From Pristiophorus japonicus (Eukaryota): 64,000 nt of DNA. The position numbers and the translations under genes were made by a program. This document shows positions 1-13,657 of this stretch, piece by piece. The stretch covers positions 109,368,001 through 109,432,000 of the forward strand of contig NC_091987.1 of NCBI RefSeq assembly GCF_044704955.1, read 5' to 3'. Numbering within the stretch: the first letter of the stretch is position 1; each line of letters starts with the position of its first letter. The notes below the pieces were generated by a model that was not told the origin of the DNA, did no database searches, and saw only the letters and a program-made list of their open reading frames with translations.

Positions 1-19
1 CATGCATTGCTCCAGACAA

Positions 20-780
20 AGGCCCGGATTTTATGGGGCATAATACGGCATATGGGTGTACACCATTGTAAGAGTCCCACAAGTTCGCATGAGCGAAAAC
101 CCGGAACTTGCAATCTGTTAAGTTTCTCCTTGATAGATCATCCGCATGCGCTGGAAATTCATATCCGTTGGCGCAGAGTTGGGTTTTTGCCCAACTACTG
201 CCCAGCAAATACCCACCAAACCCTTATGCCTGGTAAAAGCAGGTTTAAGGCCTTCTTTTACCAGCGTATGGGTTTAAATAAATGTTAAAAAAAAAAATTT
301 TTATAAATGATTTAAATATTCACTTACATTTAAAATTAGTTTAGGTCAATTTTTTTCCCAGTTGAAAATGTTTACGTTTATTTTTCAAAATATTTAATTT
401 TTATTTTAAATGTTTAATTGATGGTATTGAATGGTATTTTAATTAATTTTGAACCTGTGATTTATTATTTTTATTTCAGATTTGTGAAATGTTATTTATT
501 AGGTGATTTCTATTATGCTTATGGGGATTCTGCATGTAAATGGAATCCCCGTAAGCTTAATAGGAATCCCTCTTTGTCATTGGTTGGCCTGGCCCACGTG
601 ATCCCAGCGACACTTACGAACTGCGTGCACCCCTGGGATGCGTGGGCCTTCACGCAGGCCTATGCCTGCAGGCCCAGGACTGCAAGAGTCTGAAGCTCTT
701 AAGGCAGATAAGTGCGGAGTTTTCTTGCGGTTCAGAGACGTATGCGGGTGGCAAGCCTCCGACTGCAATTTCCAGGCCAA
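20..780. mobile_element. Non-autonomous DNA transposon (MITE-like) with internal hairpin
   Basis: Imperfect terminal inverted repeats (ggcccggatttt ... aatttccaggcc), AT-rich core, 26-bp-arm hairpin at 506-567; homologous to an inverted copy at ~43650-44840. Confidence 0.55.
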
Positions 781-859
781 GAGCTGTTCCATAACTGAGC
801 CATCACTGCTGCCTGGTTATGAGGAAACACAAATATGAAGACAGACTCAAACAATTGAA

Positions 860-1205
860 GTTATTTTCTTAGAATAGAGTAGTGATTTTATTGGTGTGTT
901 TAAAATTATGAAGGAATGCGACAGAATCGACAGAAACAGATTATTTACAGTGATAGACGAGACTAGAGAGTGAGGGGACATAGATGTAAGATTACATGCA
1001 AGAGATTTAGGACAGAAAGCAGGAGAATGTTTTAAACCTATTTTTAAGAATAGGTAAAATAGGTGATTGAAGGAAAGGGAAATAATGTGGGCACAGAGTG
1101 AACACATGGGATTAGGACTACTGATCATTTGGAGGATAAAACACCAAGATGGATTGAGTGGGCTGAACGACCCATTTCTTTGATATAATGTCTCTGTAAT
1201 TCTTA
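860..1205 (+). mobile_element. Degenerate CR1 LINE 3' fragment
   Basis: Decayed similarity to the 3' ends of the other CR1 copies in this window. Confidence 0.55.
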
Positions 1206-2716
1206 GACTGAGTTAGGAGGGCCACAAGATGTTTATACATAACCAGAATTTAAACACCATGAACAATATTAATGCTTCAGATTCAGCGATAACTGTGGGA
1301 CACAATGTTTTTGCCAATTATTTTTCCATATTAGCATAACAATTATAAATAAAAAATAAGTTTCAAAAAAGAAAATGCAAACAATTTATACTTATATAGT
1401 ATAATAATTATTACTTTAAAGTAATAAAACATTAAACATAAAGCAAAAATTAATTTGCAACAGATCACTCACTTTACTGTGAAGTTCAGTGTGACATGAG
1501 GTTATGATCATTACTCCATCAATTGTGGCATTCACATTTACCTTTCAAACCACACGTTATCCATGATGGTCAAGTTCTCTCTTGTGCAATTGTGTGTTGT
1601 GTGAAATACTGGGCAGAATACATCTCTACAAAGTAAAAATAAGCTAGAGCCTAAAGGGGAATCTTGACAATGTTTGTAGGTCAGTAATACAGCAAAAAAA
1701 TTATTGGTTTTGAGAGAGTGGGTAAATTCAGAGAGCAAGAAACCTGATCCAATTTCATATACCTACAGTAGAGACTAGCTGTGACACCCTCAGTTGAAAA
1801 ATGTTGGGTGAGGACCTGGCTAAGGGAGGGAATGCTAGGGTGTGGATATGTGGCAGGGGCTAATCAGGATGGCTGGAGAAAATCCAGGTTCATGTATAAC
1901 TTGATAGTTACAAGTAATCATAAGAGTTCAGTAACATTTGTGGAGTAGAGAATGATGAGAGAGGTCAAGCTGTGTGTTGTCATACATAAAGAAGCTGACT
2001 CCATGCTTGCCGATGATGTTACTGATGGGTGATATATAGACAAAGAAAAGGGGGGGGGAAACACAGACAAAACTTTGGAGCACACTGGAGGTGACCATGC
2101 AGACTTGGGAGGAGAAGTCATTGCAGCAAATTTGCTTACTATATTTGAACGAGTCAAAGTGGTCAGTCACAAGTAGGGTTGTTGATAAATTTGACCAGGA
2201 GCCTCGGTGCTGTCGGCAGGACGGAATCCAGCCAGAAGAAATTCAAATGTTGGGAGAGGCAAGCACCGAGTTGGGAGACAACTCTGTATTCAAGGATCTT
2301 AGAGAAGAAGCGAGGTTAGGAAGTGGAAAGGAGGGGAAAGAGGGGTTGACAAAGTATTTTTGAAGAGGGGTGATGACAGCAGTACTAAAGAGAGAACAAT
2401 GCCTGGGAGCTATCTCGAATGTTGCAGTACTGGGCAAAGAAATGTAGTTTGGGAGGGCATCATGTTAACAGGATGTGAATCTTCTGGAGAATGTGAGGTG
2501 GGAGGGAGGCGGAGGAAGAAGATGGGCGAATAGATACTGACTAATGTGGGATCAGGCTAAGATTAGCAGAAGCGGTATGGAATTGGGGAGGGGGAGAAGA
2601 TGATGTCTGAAGCATCTAGGGTTATAGCTTAATTTTAGAGTCAAGAAATCATGAGTTCTTCACAGATGGTGTCAGTAAAGTATGGCATTTATACAGTTAG
2701 CACCCTTATTTGACTA

Positions 2717-2890
<174 letters not shown>

Positions 2891-3004
2891 TCATGTCAAA
2901 AATATCAGAAATTGGAGAAGGTACAGGGTAGTGCAGGGCTTGAAACTTGTGGTTTCAATCTGCCTGCATGGAGGAGATAAACATCTCCATTCTATGATCC
3001 CCGC

Positions 3005-3955
3005 AGGGATCTGTGTTGGGACCTCAACTATTCATTGTATTTATTAACTACTTAAATGATGGGATAGAGAGCCACAAATCCAAGTTTGCCGATGACACCA
3101 AGATAGGTGGCATTGTAAGCAGAGTAGATGGAAGCACAAAATTACAAAAAGAGATATTAATAGATTAAGTCAATGGGCAATACTGTGGCAAATGGATTAC
3201 AATATATGCAAGTGTGAGGTCCACTTTGGCCCTAAAAAGGATACATTAGAGTACTTTCTAAATGATGAAAAGCTAGAAACAGTGGAGGGCCAAAGAGACT
3301 TAAAGGTCCATGTATATAGATCATTAAAATGTCATGGACAGGTCCAAAAATAATCAAAAAATCTAATGGAATGTTGGCCTTTATACTAGAGGACTAGAAT
3401 ACAAGGGGTTACAAGTCATTCTACAATTATACAAAGCCCTGGTTAGAGCACACCTGGAGTACTGTGTTCAGTTCTGGCCACGACACCTTACGAGGGATAC
3501 ATTGGCCTTGGAGAGAGTGCAGCATAGATTTACTAGAATTATACCGAGGAGATATTCCTGGAATTTAGAAGATTAAGGAGTGATTTGATCAAATTTTTCA
3601 AGATATTAAGGGGAACTGATAGGGTAGAGAGAGAGAGAGAGAGAGAAACTATTTCTGCTGGTTGGGGAATCGAGGACTAGGACATGACCTAAAAATTAGA
3701 GCCAGGCCTTTCAGGAGTGAAGTTAGGAAACACTTCTCCATGCAAAGGGTGATAGAAGTTTGGAACTCTCTTCCACAAATGGCAGTTGATGCTGGGCCAA
3801 TTGTTAATTTTAAATCTGAGAGTGATAGATTCCTGTTAACCAAAGGTATTAAAGCATATGGGGAAAAGGTGGATATATGGAGTTAGATCACAGATCAGCC
3901 ATATTGAATGGCTGAACAAGCTCAAGGGGCTAAATGGCCTACTCATGTTCCTGTC
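3005..3955 (+). mobile_element. Older 5'-truncated CR1 LINE
   Basis: KFADDTK motif, C-terminal RGHDLKIRARPFR...VWNSLP, stops and frameshifts, internal (GA)n. Confidence 0.85.
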
Positions 3956-3956
3956 A

Positions 3957-5385
3957 GGGAGGGAGAGAGAAAACAGGGAATTATAGACTGGTCAGCCTGA
4001 CCTCAGTAGTGGGTAAAATGATGGAATCAATTATTAAGAATGTCATAGCAGTGCATCTGGAAAATGGTGACATGATAGGTCCAAGTCAGCATGGATTTGT
4101 GAAAGGGAAATCATGCTTGACAAATCTTCTGGAATTTTTTGAGGATGTTTCCAGTAAAGTGGACAAAGGAGAACCAGTTGATGTGGTATATTTGGACTTT
4201 CAGAAGGCTTTCGACAAGGTCCCACACAAGAGATTAATGTGCAAAGTTAAAGCACATGGGATTGGGGGTAGTGTGCTGACGTGGATTGAGAACTGGTTGT
4301 CAGACAGGAAGCAAAGAGTAGGAGTAAACGGGTACTTTTCAGAATGGCAGGCAGTGACTAGTGGGGTGCCGCAAGGCTCTGTGCTGGGGCCCCAGCTGTT
4401 TACATTGTACATTAATGATTTAGACGAGGGGATTAAATACAGTATCTCCAAATTTGCGGATGACACTAAGTTGGGTGGCAGTGTGAGCTGCGAGGAGGAT
4501 GCTATGAGGCTGCAGAGTGACTTGGATAGGTTAGGTGAGTGGGCAAATGCATGGCAGATGAAGTATAATGTGGATAAATGTGAGGTTATCCACTTTGGTG
4601 GTAAAAACAGAGAGACAGACTATTATCTGAATGGTGACAGATTAGGAAAAGGGAAGGTGCAACGAGACCTGGGTGTCATGGTACATCAGTCATTGAAGGT
4701 TAGCATGCAGGTACAGCAGGCGGTTAAGAAAGCAAATGGCACGTTGGCCTTCATAGCGAGGGGATTTGAATACAGGGGCAGGGAGGTGTTGCTACAGTTG
4801 TACAGGGCCTTGGTGAGGCCACACCTGGAGTATTGTGTACAGTTTTGGTCTCCTAACTTGAGGAAGGACATTCTTGCTATTGAGGGAGTGCAGCGAAGGT
4901 TCACCAGACTGATTCCCGGGATGGCGGGACTGACCTATCAAGAAAGACTGGATCAACTGGGCTTGTATTCACTGGAGTTCAGAAGAATGAGAGGGGACCT
5001 CATAGAAACGTTTAAAATTCTGACGGGTTTAGACAGGTTAGATGCAGGAAGAATGTTCCCAATGTTGGGGAAGTCCAGAACCAGGGGTCACAGTCTGAGG
5101 ATAAGGGGTAAGCCATTTAGGACCGAGATGAGGAGAAACTTCTTCACCCAGAGAGTGGTGAACCTGTGGAATTCTCTACCACAGAAAGTAGTTGAGGCCA
5201 ATTCACTAAATATATTCAAAAGGGAGTTCGATGAAGTCCTTACTACTCGGGGGATCAAGGGTTATGGCGAAAAAGCAGGAAGGGGGTACTGAAGTTTCAT
5301 GTTCAGCCATGAACTCATTGAATGGCGGTGCAGGCTAGAAGGGCTGAATGGCCTGCTCCTGCACCTATTTTCTATGTTTCTATCT
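3957..5385 (+). mobile_element. Young 5'-truncated CR1 LINE with uninterrupted RT region
   Basis: ORF 3934-5292 has YLDFQKAFDKV, GVPQGSVLGP and KFADD; CR1 3' UTR with ctatgttt tail. Confidence 0.95.
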
Positions 5386-6262
5386 ATAAGCATTAGTCAA
5401 AATTAATCTAATCCCCAGTCAACATCGGTCCATAGCATAAAGCTATTCTCAGAGTTGATGCAGTTGGCATTAATTCAACTGCCAACAGAAACAAGATACA
5501 AGGAGGGAGGAGATTCAATTGGTAATTCCATGACCCTGCACTCCCAGTGGGAGCTACACTCAGGAAGCATAAGTGGGAGACTAGGTTACAATACAGCTGG
5601 AAGCATGGAACAGCAGAATTACCCCTTTTGGGTGAAGCTAATAACTATACAGAAAAGTTAGTGAAAAGTGGGGAAAAATTAGACAAAGGTTGCATACTCG
5701 AGGATAGATTCCACAACCTGCTGAATTTAGAACTGTACTTCAGTGCACTGCTGGCTTCTCAGCTTTGCTTTGTTGCTACTTTGGGTCCTATAGAAATCTG
5801 CTTTTTCCATGTCTCTGCTGGCTTCTGGGCTTTATTGTAACCTCCAGCTTTGTTGTTGTTTTCTACTAAGACTATTCTCTGCTGGACTGCTTCTATTCCA
5901 GCACCTGGCCTGCTTCTCCGACCATAGTTTTCTACTCCATGCTGGGATTTTACACCTTACCTTGAGCTAGCTCTGATTCATTAGTGCTGAGTCTTATGCT
6001 CTGGATTCTGCTCCCCTATTCCTGAATGATCTCTTCTTCCCATGCTCATCCCACTACTGCTGAAGCTCTTCAAACCCCATGCTCAACATCTCCAAAAGCA
6101 CTTCTTGCTGCAACTCATGTAGAACACTGTATACTGATTTTGAATCTTTGTCCTCCTTTACAATTTGCCCCGTGCCATTTTTTATCCTACCACCAACCTT
6201 GTTGCAGCTCACACCCTTCACTCCGGAGTCTGGACGATGTATGTCTCCCTTCCCTTCCCTCA

Positions 6263-6720
6263 GCTGTGGCTCAGTGGGTAGCACTCTCGCCTTTTAGTTG
6301 TGGGTTCAAGTCCCACTCCAGGGACAAGAGCATAAAAAATCTAGGCTGACACTCCAGTGCAGTGCTGAGGGAGTGCTGCACAGTAGGAGGTGTCGCCTTT
6401 CGGATGAGACATTAAACCGAGGCCCTCGCTGCTCTCTCAAGTGGATGTAAAAGATCCCATGGCACTATTTCGAAGAGCAGGGGAGTTATCCCTGGTGTCC
6501 TGGCCAATATTTATCCCTCAATCGGCATAACAAAATACAGATTATCTGATCATTATCACATTACTGTTTGTGGGAGCTTGCTCGTGCGCAAATTGGCTGC
6601 CACGTTTCCTACATTACAACAGTGACTACACTCCAAAAGTACTTCATCGGCTGTAAAGCGCTTTGAGACATCCGGTAGTCGTGAAAGGTGCTATATAAAT
6701 CCAAGTCTTTCATTCTTTCT
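6263..6720 (+). mobile_element. tRNA-headed DeuSINE-like SINE (SacSINE1-like) inserted in an L2 remnant
   Basis: A box tggctcagtggg, B box ggttcaagtcc, core gatgagacattaaaccgaggccc, L2-like tail; several copies in the window. Confidence 0.8.
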
Positions 6721-7142
6721 TTTCCCCCACCATTTAGTTGCAGTACTTCCAAGTATCACAACCCTACACTCTGGAATTATTTTCCCAACTACTCTGCCTC
6801 ACTATAGCTCACCACTTCAAAAGCCTCCTTCAAACCTACCACTAGACCATGCCTCGAGTCACCTTCCCTACTTCATCTCCTAATTCTTGCACGGTGTCCA
6901 ATTTCCCCCCTCAGGACGTTTCACCATGTTAAAATGTAGTATATAAATGAAAATTGTTAGTATTAATGATCACTGATTTAATTTTTGTATCGTATACATT
7001 TCAACTGATACTCACGAGTAATTAGTACTCTATAATTGATTCCAGATATATCTCTCGGGGAAAAACAATTACTTGTTTGTTACTAAATGAGTGTTAGCTC
7101 ATTTACAATTTCTTCTTATCTATGGAGAAAAGTAGCACTAAC

Positions 7143-7496
7143 CTCTGGTTGGGCTGTTGCTGGTGCGTGATCAATCCTGACAGCAGAGGTGAAATAATCT
7201 ATATAGTGCTTACTCGAAGGCGTGAAGAATCGTTCTGCATTGCCAATATCCTCAAAACTCGGAGCAAACATTTGAAAGTTCATTTTATTCACATTCTTGG
7301 CTAAGTACCTTTCCAAGTCTTTGAACGGAAAAATAATGCTGTTTAGTTTCTTCTCGCTAAGTTTGGATATTTCCTGGATAGAAGCTAATTTGTGAGAGTT
7401 CCTATACACCAAACAGGCTGAAGTGGTTCTCTCTTGCATCATGTTTGCTTTCAACGCTTGTGACAAGCACAGTAAACTTGTTCGTACTGTGAACAT
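7143..7496 (-). CDS. GTPBP8: GTPBP8 first coding exon (118 codons; exon extends to acceptor at 7535)
   Basis: MFTVRTSLLCLSQ...FFTPSSKHYIDYFTSAVRIDHAPATAQPE|gttagt; joins in frame to [12 protein letters not shown]; recalled GTPBP8 motif IDYVSSAVRIDHAP..PEV; acceptor ttcttcag. Start ATG inferred. Confidence 0.88.
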
Positions 7497-8624
7497 TCTT
7501 CCAATCTCTTGCTGTATTATAATTGCAAAATAAATCTGAAGAAGAAACATGTAAATGGCAATAAAAAGAAACAGGCAGCATCTAATAGGGTAAACATTTA
7601 ATGGCAAGGTTCACAAAGTGTTGATTTAAATCATGTAGACTGACGTAACTTTTACCTCAACCTAAGTACGCACCAGAAGCTGAATCTGGAAGTACTTCAG
7701 AGACAGAACGGAGCAGTGATTATTTTTTCTACAATATCTTACTATGACTCATCACTTAGAATTGTAAATGTATCAAAAAAGATGCAGTCAGGTAGGGTAA
7801 ATGAGTGTGTGTGTGTGTGTAATGTGCGTATGAGTGCGCGTCTGAGTGTTTTCTTCCTCCCCCTTTTTCTGCTATGTTCCTTATTAAATACTGTTCATCT
7901 GTAATATATTTTGGTTCTGAGGAAAGGTTTTATACCCAAAATATCAACTCTCAGATTTTCTTGACAGATTCTGCCTGACCCGTTCGAGCATTTTCTGTTT
8001 TTGTTTCAGATTTGCGACATCTTCAGTATTTTGCTTTTTGTTCAGGGCAAATATCAGCATCTAAGGAAATAAATAATTGACTAAAGAACCAGTAAAAGGT
8101 AAATAGCTAAACACCATAGTCTTGAGGGGCTGAAAGGCCTACTTCTGTTGCTATGTTCCACCGCATTTTAATAGGGCTACATTTTTTTTTAAAAAGAGAT
8201 GTGTTATTGACAGTGAAGCACCACTTCACCTTATTTTAAGTGTGCATTGTTGACAGTTGTCTCGCAACCTCTGCCAGAGATGAGGCCGAGGCCACGCTCC
8301 TCCCCACGTGGAGGAATGGGGGAATGTCAGAAGGGTGGTAGAAGTTTAGAACTCTCTACTGCAAATGGCAATTGATGCTAGATCAATTGTTAATTTTAAA
8401 TCGGAGATGGACAGATTTTTGTTAACCAAAGGGATAAAGGGATATAGAGCAAAGGTGGAGTCGCAGATCCAAGGGGCTTAAATGGCCTCCTCCTGTAATA
8501 TACGTAGCAAGAGGAACACAGATTGCAAGCTCATCTATTTTCTGTGAAGGACAGCGATATCCAATTAAGGTCCCAACTCTCCAGGACTATCCTGGAGTGA
8601 CCAGGAGTTAAAGATTAATCTCAG

Positions 8625-10027
8625 GAAAACAGGAAACTAGACCAGTTAGCCTAACATCTGTCGTTGGGAAAATGCTAGAGTCCATTATTAAGGAAGCAGT
8701 AGCTGGACATTTGGAAAAGCCATAATTCAATCAAGTAGAATCAACATGGTTTTATGAAAAGGAAATAGTGTTTGACAAATTTACTGGAGTTCTTTGAGGA
8801 TGTAACGAACGAGCAGGGTGGATAAGGGGGAAATCGGTGGATGTGGTGTATTTGGATTTCCAGAAAACATTCGATAAGGTGCCACATAAAAGGCACAAGA
8901 TAAAAGTTCACAAGGTTGGGGGTAATACATTAGCATGGATTAAGGATTGGCTAACTAACCGAAAACAGAGAGTCAGGATAAATGGGTAATTTTCCAGTTG
9001 GCAAACAGTAGCTAGTGGGGTGCCGCAGAGATCAGTGCTGGGGCCTCAACTATTTACAATCTATATTTTGATGAAGGGTCCGAGTGTAAGGTAGCCAAGT
9101 TTGCTGATGATACCAAGATGGGTGGGAAAGCAAATTGTGAAGAGGCCACAAACAATCTGCAAAGGGATATAGACAGTCTAAGTGAGTGGACAAAAATTTG
9201 GCAGATGGAGTATAATGTGGGAAAATGTGAGGTTGGCAGAAAAAAATAGAAAAGCAAATTATAATTTAAATGGGAGAAAAATTACCAAAGTGCTGCTTTA
9301 CAGAGGGATCTGGAGGTCCTTGTGCATGGAACACAAAAAGTTAGTATGCAGGTACAGCAAGTAATCAGGAAAGCAAATGGAATGTTGGCCTTTTTTGCAA
9401 GGGGGAGAGAGTATAAATGCAGAGAAGTCCTGCTACAACTGTACAGGGTATTGGTGAGGCCACACCTAGAGTACTGCATACAGTTTTGGTCTCCGTATTT
9501 AAGGAAGGATATACTTATATTGGAGGCTGTTGAGAGAAGGCTCACTAGATTGATTCCGGAGATGAGGGGGTTGACTGATGAAGATAGGTTGAGTAAGTTG
9601 GGCCTATACTCATTGGAGTTCAGAAGAATGAGAGGTGATCTTATTGAAATATATAAGATAATGAGGAGGCTCGACAAGGTGGATGCAGGCAGAGAGGATA
9701 TTTCCACTCATAGAGGAAACTAAAACTAGGGGGCATAGTCTCATAATAAGGGGCTGCCCATTTAAAACTGAGATGAGGAGGAATTTCTTCTCTGAGGATT
9801 GTAAATCTGTGGAATTCTCTGCCCCAGAGAGCTGTGGAGGCTGGGTAATTGAATATATTTAAGGTGGAGATAGACAAAATTTTGAGCAATAAGGGAATAA
9901 AGGATGATGGGGAGCGAGCAGTGAAGTGGAGCTGAGTCCATGATCAGATCAGCCATGATCTTATTAAATGGCAGAGCCGGCTCGAGGGGCCAAATGGCCT
10001 ATTCCTGCTCCTATTTCTTATGTTCTT
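8625..10027 (+). mobile_element. Degenerate 5'-truncated CR1 LINE
   Basis: RT motifs with frameshifts, ORF 9322-9723, tail tttcttatgttctt. Confidence 0.9.
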
Positions 10028-10389
10028 GGACACTGCTGTGAGCAACATGGGAGAATAAAAATCATTATGGCATTAAAAGAGATGCGTGTATTTTTCATTT
10101 TCTTATAACACTTTCGTTTATTATTTATAAAAATATTGGAGATGGAGGAAGAGGGCTATTTGACCAGGCGGGCCGTGATAAAACCTCCAGGAATACATCC
10201 ATCCAGAGTTGACAACCCGATATCCCAATCAGGTCACATTTGAACGCACTTTTGTGGGACTAACTGAGTGACATTTGTGCTCTGCGGACAGTCAGTTACT
10301 GGCTCCTTTAACGTGTCAAACACCCGTAGGATGTACATCTAAAATTACACTTCCCTCACCCTGCAACTCATTTCGAAAGTACGACTCAC

Positions 10390-10640
10390 CTTCAGCGATC
10401 CTTTCAGGCCCCCGTCGTTTGTCCCGTCCTCTCCAGGGAGTGTGTCCGGGTCACGGCTCCGCAGCCTCGGCTCCGGCTCCGGCTCTCGGTGTATATGAGC
10501 TGGGCAGTGCGCGGTCAGCAGCGCCGGCTGACGGTCCGAAGCCCGGCCGCTCTCCCGTTACCCCGGGTAACGGCGCTCCGCGTCCCACCCCTCATTGTCC
10601 TCCCCAGGAAACAGCGTGAGCGAATAAAAGGCCCGGAGAA
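10390..10640 (-). promoter_or_regulatory. GTPBP8: CpG-island promoter and probable non-coding exon 1 of GTPBP8
   Basis: Local CpG/GC enrichment; minus-strand donor GAAG|GTGAGT at 10389; no ATG in the candidate exon; X-box-like palindrome at 10557-10571. Confidence 0.65.
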
Positions 10641-12475
10641 ACCCTTCCCCAATACAGTTCTGGAAACATAAACAGGTCATAGATTTAAACCAAAGGACGG
10701 GAGTAGTGCTCCGTCTGAGTAAGTGAGAATAGAGAGCTGAAGTTGTTGTATGCTATGGTGCTAGTTTTCAAATTTATTTACAGTAAACTCTTTTGTTAAA
10801 TGCTGTGCAATAAAATCGACTTTATGTTTAAACTAATTTTACTTGTAAAATAGATGAGTACAATTTTGCCAAATATATACTCAACACAAAGAAGATCATT
10901 ATTCTTAAAGCAATGTAGAATATTGTTCTTTAATTTTTATTCCCTTTTCATGCATCTCACACATGCACCATCTCCAGCAGCAGAATGGATAGGAACAGGA
11001 GTAGGCCATTCATCCCCTCCAGCCTGTTCCGCCATTGAATGAGATCATGACTGATCTGTATCCTAACTCCATCTACCCATCTTGGCTTCATACCCTTGTA
11101 TAGCAAAAATCAAACCTAGTATAATCTGTTCTTAGATCTTTAGTCAGTGTTGCTGACTAATTGTTATCAATGTGTCGAATTTGACCTGTGAAAACAAGTA
11201 ACTACACTGAAAGTGCAGTGGGACACAAAATGTTACCTTAGCTGCAGGTAAACACAACATACCTTCACTTGCACTGGAAAGGGGAAAACATAAATGCAAG
11301 AAAGCCTGAAGGGAGACATTTTCTAGGGGGAGGTGGTCTATGTTAAATTTTGACATTTTAGTAGGTACATTTTTCAGTATTTCTACAGAATCTACAATGA
11401 ACATAGCGCATTTTTTCATATATAAAGAAAGCAATATTTGTTCAATTTAACTGAAAATTATTCTTAATTTACTATTTTCGGAATTAACTTATATGACAAA
11501 AGATTCTTCATAATTTAAAGACTTCTTTCTCCTTGTAGCAATAGATAATCTATTATGCCGAGAATAATGTCGTGATAGATTTTTTTTAATTGCCTACTAG
11601 CAAAATGTAGATTCATACCTATACTTATTGACCAGTGAATCATTCAATCAGGGCTGCAGCCAACAAATTTAGAATAACAGTCTTTCCAAATGCTGAGCCC
11701 TACTCCACCTTCCCTGGACCTGATCAAGTGCTGGTGCATTTCTGGGAACAGAGTGAAACTGGGTGCGTGCCAACCCCCTGCCCACTCCGACCGCCCTCCA
11801 CTCTGAAAAATGTTGAATGTTTGCATTAAAAATGTAGCATTGTGATTCATTTTAAAAACTTTCAGACTTCATAATTGATATATTTTTAATCCTAAAAACA
11901 AAAGTACAAAGTGACATTTGGATTTTCAACAGACTAACCAGAGCCATCGTCCTCTAAAGTTACCTCAACAGTTACGCTATCCTCCAAAGCCCACCATCCC
12001 ACCCTACAATTCACAGAGGCACTCTTCCCCTTTCAGACCCAGTTGTCAGACAGTTTATCTCCCTCCAACTCTTCCAGGTCATGCTTTCACTCTATTCCTT
12101 CAGTTCAAACTGGCCTTCCTCTCCCATATTTAAGTTCAAGTAGTCATTTTTCTCCCCCTCTAAGCTCCTTTGTTTAAGCTATTTTCTTCCTTCTTCTCAA
12201 TGAATGCTAACACTTTCCTTCCCTTTACGCCTTCAGTTATTGCTGGCATTCTCCTTCCTTCACGTCACAAAATCAGTTAATACTGCAACTCGCCTCGCCA
12301 ATAAACACTACTTTCAGCTTCCAGGCCCTGAAAATTGCTGCTCCCAGTTTCTCCTATCTCTTCCCCCTCCAAAGCACTGCTCGCGGTTATCGCCACCTGT
12401 AAAGAATCCTTCTGGCTTCTCCAATCTCCTCCCCAAAGCACAATTCCTGGCCTCCCCAAAAAATGTGAACATCGA

Positions 12476-13015
12476 AACATAGAAAATAGGTGCAGGAGTA
12501 GGCCATTCAGCCCTTCGAGCCTGCACCACCATTCAATAAGATCATGGCTGATCATTCACCTCAGTACCCCTTTCCTACTTTCTCTCCATACCCCTTGATC
12601 CCTTTAGCCGTAAGGGCCATATCTAACTCCCTCTTGAATATATCCAATGAATTGGCATCAACAACTCTCTGCAGTAGAGAATTCCACAGGTTAACAACTC
12701 TCTGAGTGAAGAAGTTTCTCCTCATCTCAGTCCCAAATGGTCCACCCACCCATCCTTAGACTATGTCCCCTGGTTCTGGACTTCCCCAACATTGGGAACA
12801 TTTTTTCTGCATCTATCCTGTCCAGTCCCATCGGGATTTTATATGTTTCTATGATATTCTAAACTCCAGTGAATACAGGCCCAGTCGATCCAGTCTCTCC
12901 TCATGTGTCAGTCCTGCCATCCCGGGAATCAGTCTGGTGAACCTTCGCTGCACTCCCTCAGTAGCAAGAACGTCCTTCCTCAGATTAGGAGACCAAAACT
13001 GAACACAATATTCCA
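12476..13015 (-). mobile_element. CR1 3' fragment
   Basis: Reverse complement of the 3' part of the 3957-5385 copy. Confidence 0.9.
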
Positions 13016-13657
13016 AGGCAAATGGCATGTTGGCCTTAATTGCAAGGGGTTTGGAGTATTAAAGTAAGGAAGTCTTACTACAATTGTACAGGGCCTTGGT
13101 GAGACCTCACCTGGAGTACTGTGTACAATTTTGGTCTCCTTATCTAAGGAAGGGTATATTTGCCTTAGAGGGGGTGCAATGAAGGTTCACTAGATTGATT
13201 CCTGGGATTAGAGGGTTGACCTATGAGGAGAAATTAAGTAGATTAGGCCTGTACTCTTTGAAGTTTAAAAGAATGAGAGGTGATCTCATTGAAACATATA
13301 AGATTCTGAGGGGTATTGACAGGTAGATGCTGAGAGGCTGTTTCCCCTGGCTGGAGAGTCGAGAACTAGAGGGCAGGATAAGGGGTCGGCCTTTTAAGCC
13401 TGAGACGAGGAAGAATTTCTTCACTCAGGGTTGTGATCTTTGGATTTCTTTGCCACAAAGGGCTGTTGATTCTCAGTCATTGAGTATATTCAAGGCTGAG
13501 ATAGATAGATTTTTGGACTCGAGAGGAATCAAGGGATATAGGGATCGGCTGGGAAAGTGGAGTTGAGGTCGAAGATCAGCCGTGATCTTATTGAATGGCG
13601 GAGCAGGCTCAAGAGACCCTATGCCCTACTCCTGCTCCTAATTGTTTTGATCTTATG
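13016..13657 (+). mobile_element. CR1 3' fragment (different subfamily)
   Basis: ANGMLA...[13 protein letters not shown] region through the 3' UTR. Confidence 0.9.

Noticed and set aside
3934-5292. 452-aa RT ORF as a functional gene
   Set aside because: 5'-truncated CR1 without endonuclease; the start codon is borrowed from the adjacent older CR1 tail
7016-7082. Possible small GTPBP8 exon (gtgag donor at 7015)
   Set aside because: No acceptor gives an open phase-0 frame, and the 7143 exon already joins 2869 in frame
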